This document shows, one piece after another, positions 23,790 through 31,976 of a DNA stretch of 34,800 bases. Position numbers and translations under genes: made by a program. Source of the stretch: Syntrophorhabdus sp. PtaB.Bin184 (GTDB lineage Bacteria > Desulfobacterota > Syntrophorhabdia > Syntrophorhabdales > Syntrophorhabdaceae); the NCBI GenBank assembly GCA_002067555.1, contig MVQQ01000011.1:1-34800 (forward strand), written 5' to 3'. Below the pieces are notes generated by a model. That model ran no database searches, was not told where the DNA came from, and was given only the letters and a program-made list of their open reading frames with translations. The stretch's first letter is position 1; each line of letters starts with the position of its first letter.

Positions 23790-26582
23790 ATGAGTCGCTT
23801 CTCATCTCCTCGTGTGATCATGAAAAGTGACAAGAAAATATCTTCCTGGGTGCGGGAAGCGCTAGGGGGCTTTGAATCGAATGCCAGTCCTCGCTTGGCG
23901 AACTGCCTTGTGGCCGTATATTTCCTGGCGATCTCGATCTGGGTCTTTTATCCATTTTTCTTCCTGGGTAAGATAATGATCGGCAACACTGACACTCTGG
24001 AGGCAACGTATCCGCTACTGCTATACAATATAAGGAATGCCCATGAGGGATCGCCAAGCTTCTGGAATCCGCATCTGTTCTGCGGGACTCCAAGCTATTC
24101 GTTCTGTCTCATGCAATTGTTCTCGCCGGACAACTGGCCCCTGCTGTTCGTTCCGGAGAAGTACATCTTCAGGGTCCTGACCTTTGTGCAGTTCCTCAAG
24201 TTCTTTGTTTTTGGCCTACTGTCATTCGGTTTTTTCAAACAAGAGATTAATAGCAGAAAGTGGGCGTTATTCGCGGCAACGATGTTTTGTCTTTGCCAGT
24301 ATACCATCTACACAGTGACGGCCACTTTCACGTTCATGATCTCCATTCTGTTCATGGCGAGTGCGTATGTCATATGGAGTTTTCACGGTCGTCCGGCGTA
24401 TCGCAACTATCTGTATTTGTCGCTGATTCTGGGATTCCTTCTCCTCTCGAATCATCTCAGTTGGGCGGGGTTTGCTTTCCTGGTGATCATGGTGTTGTCC
24501 GGATACAGGGTATGGACGCAGGATCAGAGTTCGCGGAAAGGAATGGTGCTTGTCCTTGCACTGAGTGTGCTGACCGCTGTTCTGTTGTCGGCGGTGCGGA
24601 TCCTTCCAAGCTGGCTTGAGCTGAAGGAGGGCATAAGACTGTTGCCGGAAAATGTACGGTACACGGCGTTAATGCCGGAAATGAATGAAGTTTTCTACTT
24701 GCTTTTAAGATTGTTCAACCCGGAGTTGTTTGGAGTGAACTACGTTTCTAGCGTCCCGATCATTTCGAAGCTCTTCCCCGGGGAGCAGCACGCAGGATGG
24801 CATGTCAACAACCTGATGCCCCAGTCCTTCGGTGTTATTGGAGCTATACTTGTAGTCCTAAGTTTCTTCTATTCGGAGAGAAGAAGTCACCGGTTCTGGT
24901 GCGTCTATGTGCTTTTTGCACTGGCACTGATTTCGCATTTGAATCCGTTCAGCGTTCTGACTACCGTTGTCCTGTTTCCTTTGGGACATAGTTTGTCGAT
25001 GCAGATTGCCCTGCCGATCGGGTTTTGCGCGCTGGCCGCTTTGACCGGCAAGAATCTCGAAAAGAGTTTTTCCAAGGGTGCCATAAGGAGTGTGTGGGGA
25101 AGCTATCGTGAAAACGTCTCGATCAGAAGGGTTCTTGTCGTGTTGTACGTTGTTTTCTTGGCGGTATTAAGTGTCAAGATAATCCTTAAGTTTGATACTG
25201 CCGTCAAACTCAAATTCCTTGTAATACCAGTTCTGGCATTTCCCGCTCTTTTTGGCTACTACTGGGCAAAGAATCGACCGGGCGCGTCGAGGTTGGTATT
25301 TGTCATGAGTGTGCTCGGCGTTTTTGTGAACGGTGTCGCGGTCTTCGTGATTGATACCGGGTACCATCTGTACGATCTGTACCTCAGAAATATGTTCGCC
25401 TCTTTCATCTTGCTGCTCCTTTTTCTAGCTTATCTCCAAACACGGATAAACGATGCCGTGGCCCGATACTGGCACCGTCTGAGGCCCTTGGTGGTCCTGT
25501 CAGTGCTGCTGTGTCTTGCTGTGATCCTATTTTCCAACGCCGACGAACTGCGTGAGAACCGCAGGACTATCGACTATGCACTCATCTATCTGGGGTCGTT
25601 GAGGTTCGTGATTGTGGTTCTGATCTTTATGTCCCTTATAGCGATGAAGGGCATGGGCGTCAACGGCAAATGTGTCTTCGCGGTTCTCTTCTTAACGCTT
25701 GTTTTTGACCAGGTTCCGGCCTGGAAGATCCACATCAACCAGAACATCAATCCTTTTTACAAGGGTGCAACTCCTTATCCGGCGATCGATGCTTTGAAGG
25801 TCGAAGGTGGCAGTCAGGTGGATCTGAGAAGCTATCGAGTCAACCATCCCATAACGATCCTGCAGATACCGGCTCTGAAGGAATTGTGGGGCAACAGGGA
25901 AATACTCGCGGATTCCTTTGTAGCCTATGGTGTGCGTTCCTATTCCGGCCTTTACAATGACGTAAGCAAACGCTACAGCAGCTTCGCGGGCCGGTTTGGC
26001 ATAACCGTAAACCCTTTTGGTTTTCCAGCATTGTATGAGAATGATCGTTTTCTGGATCTTGTTGGGGTCAGACTCACTTACGACTCGGGAAGGAAGGTGT
26101 TGCGTGAGAGACCAAACGCTATATCAAGATTCATGTTCTACACGGATTATTCTGTCTACCGTGACGAGAATGAGATTCTGGCGAGACTCACCCATCCGGA
26201 TTTTAGCCCGCAGGACGAAGTCGTTCTTCTCTGTGAGTCGACGAGTGCAGGTCGGGACCATACTCGAGGGGACAAGGGAATGCCGATTACTGAGTTCAAG
26301 GGCAATTCCGATGCGGCTGTCCTGACCGTAAGAACGGACCGGCCGGGGGTATTGCTCTTCAATGACAATTATCACAGGGGTTGGACTGCGCGCGTCAACG
26401 GACAGAAAGGACAATTGCTCAGAGCGAACTATACCTTTATGGGAGTTCAACTGCCGGCCGGAACAAACCTTGTCGAATTCAGGTTTGTTCCGCCTGGGTT
26501 CGCTTTGGGTGCCGTATTGACTTTGCTGGGAATTGCGTTTACACTGATTTTTGCTGTCGTTCTGGGTGGACATCGACGGTAA
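23790..26582 (+). CDS. Large polytopic membrane protein, YfhO-like (putative GT-C fold glycosyltransferase), paralog 1
   Basis: 930 aa with many hydrophobic helices. The first loop is GNTDTLEATYP...GSPSFWNPHLFCGTP. The C-terminal soluble region has NDNYHRGWTARVNGQKGQLLRANYTFMGVQLPAGTNLVEFRFVP followed by a terminal TM helix, as in YfhO-family proteins. Confidence 0.6.
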   Translation: MSRFSSPRVIMKSDKKISSWVREALGGFESNASPRLANCLVAVYFLAISIWVFYPFFFLGKIMIGNTDTLEATYPLLLYNIRNAHEGSPSFWNPHLFCGTPSYSFCLMQLFSPDNWPLLFVPEKYIFRVLTFVQFLKFFVFGLLSFGFFKQEINSRKWALFAATMFCLCQYTIYTVTATFTFMISILFMASAYVIWSFHGRPAYRNYLYLSLILGFLLLSNHLSWAGFAFLVIMVLSGYRVWTQDQSSRKGMVLVLALSVLTAVLLSAVRILPSWLELKEGIRLLPENVRYTALMPEMNEVFYLLLRLFNPELFGVNYVSSVPIISKLFPGEQHAGWHVNNLMPQSFGVIGAILVVLSFFYSERRSHRFWCVYVLFALALISHLNPFSVLTTVVLFPLGHSLSMQIALPIGFCALAALTGKNLEKSFSKGAIRSVWGSYRENVSIRRVLVVLYVVFLAVLSVKIILKFDTAVKLKFLVIPVLAFPALFGYYWAKNRPGASRLVFVMSVLGVFVNGVAVFVIDTGYHLYDLYLRNMFASFILLLLFLAYLQTRINDAVARYWHRLRPLVVLSVLLCLAVILFSNADELRENRRTIDYALIYLGSLRFVIVVLIFMSLIAMKGMGVNGKCVFAVLFLTLVFDQVPAWKIHINQNINPFYKGATPYPAIDALKVEGGSQVDLRSYRVNHPITILQIPALKELWGNREILADSFVAYGVRSYSGLYNDVSKRYSSFAGRFGITVNPFGFPALYENDRFLDLVGVRLTYDSGRKVLRERPNAISRFMFYTDYSVYRDENEILARLTHPDFSPQDEVVLLCESTSAGRDHTRGDKGMPITEFKGNSDAAVLTVRTDRPGVLLFNDNYHRGWTARVNGQKGQLLRANYTFMGVQLPAGTNLVEFRFVPPGFALGAVLTLLGIAFTLIFAVVLGGHRR

Positions 26583-26653
26583 TTCACCGGTTTCCATGAG
26601 AAAGGGCGCGACGGATCGTATTTAAAAGACTCAAGGCGATATTGGGGTATTAT

Positions 26654-27616
26654 ATGAACACCAGCGTTTCGAATGACCCGGAGTATTCAATTATCATTCC
26701 CATCTACAATGAGGAGGAGGTGTTACCCTCATTGCTGCCGGAGATCGTCGAGAGGATGGATGCGCTCGGCAGGGCGTACGAAGTCGTTGTCATTGATGAT
26801 GGGAGCACCGACGGTTCGTGGAACATACTGCAGTCGTTCGCGGCACAGTATGGGAGCCTCGAGGCTTACCGGCTACTGAGGAATTTCGGTCATCAAAAAG
26901 CGTTGTATTCGGGATTGCATGTGGCGAGAGGAAAGGCCATTGGAGTCATGGATGGCGATGGTCAGGATCCTATAGAGGTGCTAATAGAGATGTTTGACCT
27001 CTGGGGCAGGGGCTATGATGTTATCTACGGAGTACGAAGGAAAAGGAAAGAAAACATTCTCAAGAAGTCATCCTACTTCATCTTCTATCGCTTGTATAGA
27101 AGAATGGCAAATATTGATATTGCGTTAGACAGCGGCGACTTCTGCGTAATGGACAGAAAGGTTGTGGATTTCATTGTTGCGCTGCAGGATTCCTCTCCTT
27201 TTATAAGGGGACTGAGGAGTTGGTATGGTGGCAGGCAACTGGGACTCGAATATGATCGTCTTGCCAGGCAGAAAGGCGAGCCGAAATACACCCTGTTCAA
27301 GCTCATCGACCTTGCGATCAATGGCTTAACGTCTTTCTCCAAGGAACCTCTGCGCTGGGCGGTCTACTTCGGCGGAGCAGTTTCCGTGTTTACCTTCATA
27401 TTCCTGGCTGCGATTGTGATAGCGAAGCTCTGCTTCAATTATCCCGAGAGCAGTATCAGCGCGGGTTGGGCTTCCGCGATCTCGTTGACGAGTTTCATAG
27501 GAGGAGTCAATATAATGCTGCTCGGCCTTATAGGCGAGTATATCATGCATATATTTGAATCTGTCAAACACAGACCAGCGTTTCTCATCCAAGAATCCAC
27601 AAGAAAGGACAATTGA
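26654..27616 (+). CDS. GT2 polyprenyl-phosphate glycosyltransferase (GtrB/CsbB/DPM1-like)
   Basis: YSIIIPIYNEEEVL, VVVIDDGSTDGS, the DxD region GVMDGDGQDP, and two C-terminal TM helices (WAVYFGGAVSVFTFIFLAAIVIA and SFIGGVNIMLLGLIGEYI). An alternative TTG start lies at 26642. Confidence 0.8.
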   Translation: MNTSVSNDPEYSIIIPIYNEEEVLPSLLPEIVERMDALGRAYEVVVIDDGSTDGSWNILQSFAAQYGSLEAYRLLRNFGHQKALYSGLHVARGKAIGVMDGDGQDPIEVLIEMFDLWGRGYDVIYGVRRKRKENILKKSSYFIFYRLYRRMANIDIALDSGDFCVMDRKVVDFIVALQDSSPFIRGLRSWYGGRQLGLEYDRLARQKGEPKYTLFKLIDLAINGLTSFSKEPLRWAVYFGGAVSVFTFIFLAAIVIAKLCFNYPESSISAGWASAISLTSFIGGVNIMLLGLIGEYIMHIFESVKHRPAFLIQESTRKDN

Positions 27617-27625
27617 ATTATCGAT

Positions 27626-28363
27626 ATGGATAAGGAAAGATTGATACAATACGACTGGCTGAGCAAGAACCATTGGTGGATCACGAGCAAGTATAAATTA
27701 CTCCGGGACCTGATGACACACAATATCCCGAAGAGCGTGAAGCTTACCCGTATGCTGGATATCGGTTGTGCAACGGGTATCTTTCTTGGCCACATTAAGG
27801 ATACGGTGAAGGATCAATTCGGCATGGACCTGAACCAGGAGATCCTCTATTACATGCAGGACAGCCATGTTCCGGTAGTGGCTAGCAACGCGAAGGCCCT
27901 GCCTTTTAAGAATGAAACGTTCTCATTCATATCGGCAATTGATATTCTCGAACACGTTGATGATGACGTAAAGGTGCTTGAAGAATGTAATCGCGTTCTG
28001 GGTCTCAATGGCTGGCTACTGATATCTGTGCCCGCCTTTAGGGTTCTTTTCGGGAAGCACGACGAATGCTTCGGTCACTACAGAAGGTATTCCAGGCGCG
28101 AAATGGTACAGAAGCTGAGAAGCTCCGGCTTTCGGGTGGAGAAGGCGACGTATGTTCAACCATTCTTCTTTGTCCCCCTGTTGCTGAAGAGGCGCCTTTT
28201 TCCGCCAAAGGACTCCTTGTTCGGCGACTTTGGCAGGCCGAATCCCATTGTCAACAGGATACTTCACAATCTGTTGTCATCGGAGCGGTACTTCGTCAGG
28301 TATTTCAACTTTCCAATAGGAAGTACGCTATTTGTTCTGGCGTCCAAGGGTTCCGACTCCTAA
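27626..28363 (+). CDS. Class I SAM-dependent methyltransferase (Methyltransf_11-like)
   Basis: Motif I MLDIGCATGIFLGH, FSFISAIDILEHV and NGWLLISVP. Confidence 0.75.
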   Translation: MDKERLIQYDWLSKNHWWITSKYKLLRDLMTHNIPKSVKLTRMLDIGCATGIFLGHIKDTVKDQFGMDLNQEILYYMQDSHVPVVASNAKALPFKNETFSFISAIDILEHVDDDVKVLEECNRVLGLNGWLLISVPAFRVLFGKHDECFGHYRRYSRREMVQKLRSSGFRVEKATYVQPFFFVPLLLKRRLFPPKDSLFGDFGRPNPIVNRILHNLLSSERYFVRYFNFPIGSTLFVLASKGSDS

Positions 28364-28412
28364 TCCCAGGTGTTCAAATGCAGATAGCCGATCATTTTAG
28401 TAAGGTACCAAT

Positions 28413-29564
28413 ATGAGTTACTTCAACATATCCGAGAAATTCAGACTGGCGAGAAGCATCATCACAAAGGGATTTCCCCTCTATGTACAGTTCTACATTA
28501 CATCTCGTTGTAACTTGTCCTGCCAGCAGTGCAACATAATCTATTCATACGCCGACATACCGGAGATGAATATCGATCAGATAAGGGCGGTCGCGAGGAA
28601 TCTCCGCCGTATTGGAACATCGATCGTGCTCCTTATAGGAGGGGAACCGTTTGTTCGTAAAGACCTTGCCGATATCATCCGAGTTTTCTCCGAGGCAGGG
28701 ATACACGTTCGAATGCAAACCAACGGTTTTGCCACGCGCAAGCGTCTCCAGGACTGCGTTGACGCGGGCGGCAAGGACATAAGCATATCTCTGGACACTC
28801 TTAAGCCGGAGAAGCAAGACTTGATCAATGGTGGTTTCAACAAATCCTTTATTCGGGCCATGAGAGCGGTCGCGGATGTGAACGATATATTCCCGGAAGA
28901 TGGAACGGCCTTCTTTGGGACCGTCCTGATGCCCCATAATCTGGACGATATTACCAAGGTGATAAAGTTTGCCACAAGGATAGGATGGGGAGTATCGCTT
29001 GTCCCGGTCCATACTTCATCTCAGAATAGACCCATGGGATTCAGGGCCTATGATGATTCGCTCCTCTTCCAGAAATCACAGTACGCAAGGGTAGCGGAAG
29101 TGCTCGAAGAATGCCGACGCTTGAGAAACAATGGGTACTTGCTGTACGATTCGGATGAATACCTTAAGGACATATACAGATTTGTTGTTGGAAAGGAGAT
29201 TGAGTGGCGCAGAAGGAATGGCGGCGTTTGTGACAGTCCCAATCTGTATTTTGCCATAGAACCGGACGGGAGCATTGCGCCATGTTGCGATTTCAGACTC
29301 CAAAGAAGGATCCCGGTCTATGACGACAGGTTTCCCGAATGGTTTGAAGATGGCATTATCCACAAAGAGATCTATGAAATTACCAGCAAATGCCAGGGTT
29401 GTCTTTTTGGCAGTTATCCGGAAATGACGATATCGGCTCGCTATGTAAGGCCACTGGTAGACAGGGCTAAATATTTCCTGAAGGATTACGAGAAACTGAA
29501 AAAGCTGACGATGGAAGAGATCATTCAAATAGCATTTGAAATCGAGAAGGAAGATAAGGTCTGA
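28413..29564 (+). CDS. Radical SAM enzyme with Cys-rich (SPASM/twitch-like) C-terminal region
   Basis: CxxxCxxC cluster motif SRCNLSCQQCN (28509-28532), and GGEPF in LLIGGEPFVRKD. The C-terminal cysteines are GVCDSP...IAPCCDF...KCQGCLFGSYPE. I saw no cobalamin-binding domain. Confidence 0.8.
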   Translation: MSYFNISEKFRLARSIITKGFPLYVQFYITSRCNLSCQQCNIIYSYADIPEMNIDQIRAVARNLRRIGTSIVLLIGGEPFVRKDLADIIRVFSEAGIHVRMQTNGFATRKRLQDCVDAGGKDISISLDTLKPEKQDLINGGFNKSFIRAMRAVADVNDIFPEDGTAFFGTVLMPHNLDDITKVIKFATRIGWGVSLVPVHTSSQNRPMGFRAYDDSLLFQKSQYARVAEVLEECRRLRNNGYLLYDSDEYLKDIYRFVVGKEIEWRRRNGGVCDSPNLYFAIEPDGSIAPCCDFRLQRRIPVYDDRFPEWFEDGIIHKEIYEITSKCQGCLFGSYPEMTISARYVRPLVDRAKYFLKDYEKLKKLTMEEIIQIAFEIEKEDKV

Positions 29565-29570
29565 ATGTAG

Positions 29571-30485
29571 ATGAACCTTTCAAAGGCGTTATTGCACTCG
29601 CTGCTCAGACGAATTGCCGACATCCCTCCGATGAAACTTCATGAGACCTTGAGAAGAGAGATCATGGACAGTCTTCGCGTGGAGAATGACAAGGAAACCT
29701 TCACCGTGACCTGGGTAAACAAGGGAAAGGAGATGTCGAGAAAGTATCCTGTGGGCTATTTTCTTTTCTATGTCAGGGGGGATAGACCGGAAGACGGTCC
29801 GGCAGATAGGACTGTTTACGAAACAAACGACAGGCACCTGGCCGAGATAACGAACGAGATCTGTGACGGCGAAACAAACCTATCGCCCGATACGGACGCG
29901 GAGACACGAAAGAGCGCGAGAATGTTTGAGATACGCTATGTTTGGGCGCTGATCATTTCGGTTGCCTATTTGGTATCCGGTCATGCTTCCCCGCTTGCAC
30001 CCGCGTTCTGCTACCTGGTCTTTTTTGTTCTTTTCGAACAGAGCGTCATTACGTGGATCGTGCCCGCCCTGATTGGTACAATTCTCTTACAGTTTGTTCA
30101 TCTTCATTTCACCTCCTATTTAGGGTTGATCGTGTTGATGCTGGCGGAAATGAAGTCACCGAAAACGCGAATTAGCCATTTCGCGCTCTTGGTGACGGTG
30201 ATGGCTTATTTTGTGGCCGGATTGTTTTGGCAGGACATCGAAGTGGCGCACTTTAGAGAGTTCTGGTGGTTCCTGCCCGTAGGTTTTTTGTTTCCCGTCA
30301 GCACGTTGTTTACCGGTTTGAACCTGCGCGTCAGCACTTATGTTATCCCCCTGGTGGCTGTTGGCATTATTCTGGATGGCTGGCTGCTCTTCGGCATCAT
30401 ACTTCTCCTGATATCAGGTGCAGGGTTGTTCGCTGTGGGTGCCAGGACATACGCACCAGGCGTGTCGAGAGGCGCGAAGAGATAA
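29571..30485 (+). CDS. Hypothetical membrane protein: ~120-aa soluble N-terminal domain plus ~6 predicted TM helices
   Basis: 304-aa ORF starting 7 nt after the radical SAM stop. Hydrophobic segments start from YVWALIISVAYLV. I recognised no family. Confidence 0.55.
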   Translation: MNLSKALLHSLLRRIADIPPMKLHETLRREIMDSLRVENDKETFTVTWVNKGKEMSRKYPVGYFLFYVRGDRPEDGPADRTVYETNDRHLAEITNEICDGETNLSPDTDAETRKSARMFEIRYVWALIISVAYLVSGHASPLAPAFCYLVFFVLFEQSVITWIVPALIGTILLQFVHLHFTSYLGLIVLMLAEMKSPKTRISHFALLVTVMAYFVAGLFWQDIEVAHFREFWWFLPVGFLFPVSTLFTGLNLRVSTYVIPLVAVGIILDGWLLFGIILLLISGAGLFAVGARTYAPGVSRGAKR

Positions 30486-30491
30486 TGTTCA

Positions 30492-31214
30492 ATGGTCAAT
30501 AACAGGATTATATCCGGGATACTGTACAGGCTTAGGGATGTCAGGATCTCGGAAGTGTACCGTGCGATCGACAGGTACTGCAGGGGACGCGTGCTTGATG
30601 TAGGCGGTCGTGACTTTTATATGCGTGTGCGAAACAGGAGACTTGAGATTTCATCATGGACGACGTGCGACATATCCACCGATTACAAGCTGACCATGGA
30701 TGACGGGATATACTCGTTTGTTGTGGGAGACGGATGCTCATTGGAGTATGACAATGAGACCTTTGACACAGTTATCAACATGCAGGTCCTGGAACATGTC
30801 TTTGAACCTATTAGGATGTTCACGGAGATCGCGAGGGTCTTGAAAAAGGGAGGGCATGGGGTATTCCTGATCCCCCAGACTTCGACGCTGCATTACGCGC
30901 CCAACCATTATTACAATTTCACGAGGTTCTGGGTCGAGAAGGCGGCTGAAATGTCGGAGATGGAGGTTATTGAACTGATACCCTTGGGAGGAGCCTGGTC
31001 TACAATGGCTTCCCATCTCTTTTCGTTGGTTTTCCAGGCCATGAATGCCGGGGGGATGAGGGTCAGGGAGTACAGGAGAAATGCGTTCTTTTTCGTGCTG
31101 TTCCCATTTATGCTTTTATATGTCGTTGTGAACATACCGATCCTGCTGTTGTTCAGTCTCGGCGATCTGCAGGAAGGTGCCAACAATCATCTCCTGGTGG
31201 CGAGAAAGCGCTGA
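30492..31214 (+). CDS. Class I SAM-dependent methyltransferase with C-terminal membrane anchor
   Basis: VLDVGGRDFY and FDTVINMQVLEHVFEP...LKKGGHGVFLIP. The C-terminal hydrophobic region has WSTMASHLFSLVF and AFFFVLFPFMLLYVVVNIPILLLFSL. Confidence 0.7.
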   Translation: MVNNRIISGILYRLRDVRISEVYRAIDRYCRGRVLDVGGRDFYMRVRNRRLEISSWTTCDISTDYKLTMDDGIYSFVVGDGCSLEYDNETFDTVINMQVLEHVFEPIRMFTEIARVLKKGGHGVFLIPQTSTLHYAPNHYYNFTRFWVEKAAEMSEMEVIELIPLGGAWSTMASHLFSLVFQAMNAGGMRVREYRRNAFFFVLFPFMLLYVVVNIPILLLFSLGDLQEGANNHLLVARKR

Positions 31215-31243
31215 CCGGGTATCCTCCAGAAAGCAGGTTCGCG

Positions 31244-31894
31244 TTGATAAGAAGGGTGTTGAGTCAAGAAAATCTCCCGAGACTCTGGTATCTCTACCAG
31301 AAGGTTGCCGGTTTCATCTTCGGAGGGAACGGTGCTAAGAAAGACATTGTACGGAATTTGTACGGGGGTGAGACAGAGCTACTGGAGATAGGATGTTCCG
31401 TAGGCCTCATCGCAGAACATTTTCTGAACATCGAGAACGTTCGATATACGGGAATAGATATAGACGGTAAAGCCATCGATGTGGCAAAAGAACGATTTGC
31501 CGGCAAAGACAATTTCCGTTTCTTTTGTGAGTCGATCAGTTCGTTCAAGAACAACAGTGACAGGCTGTTCGATGTTGTAATGATATTCGGGATGTTGCAT
31601 CATGTCGAAGACAGCGTGGCGCAGGAGTTGTTGCCGGATGTCGTGTCACTGCTGAGCGAGAGAGGAAGGGTTGTCATTTACGATCTCTTGGAGCCGGAAG
31701 AGAATGGAAGCCTGCTGGCAAAGATTATCGTCAAACACTTCGAACGAGGCAGGAATCTCAGGAAATCCTCGGATTTCAAGGAATTGATTCAAAAGAGCCT
31801 TCCGCTGGATCTCGTTCACTACAGGGTTATCCCGGTTACTACTTGCCTCGGATATCCCGTGGCGTCGTACTTCGTTGAGGCTGTCTTCACGTAG
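31244..31894 (+). CDS. Class I SAM-dependent methyltransferase
   Basis: Motif I LLEIGCSVGLIAEHF, GIDID, and FDVVMIFGMLHHV. TTG start, with an alternative GTG at 31256. Confidence 0.7.
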   Translation: MIRRVLSQENLPRLWYLYQKVAGFIFGGNGAKKDIVRNLYGGETELLEIGCSVGLIAEHFLNIENVRYTGIDIDGKAIDVAKERFAGKDNFRFFCESISSFKNNSDRLFDVVMIFGMLHHVEDSVAQELLPDVVSLLSERGRVVIYDLLEPEENGSLLAKIIVKHFERGRNLRKSSDFKELIQKSLPLDLVHYRVIPVTTCLGYPVASYFVEAVFT

Positions 31895-31976
31895 CCTTCA
31901 TACATATTCTTGGTCCCCCCACCCGTTTCCACAAGGCATGTACCGGACGCAGTCCGTGGACCGATGGTAGGATAAT

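Noticed and set aside
28413-29564. Radical SAM enzyme as a class B (cobalamin-dependent) methylase, which would add a tenth methyltransferase.
   Set aside because: No N-terminal cobalamin-binding domain is visible. The CxxxCxxC motif sits at residues 33-40, as in MoaA/PqqE/AlbA-like enzymes.
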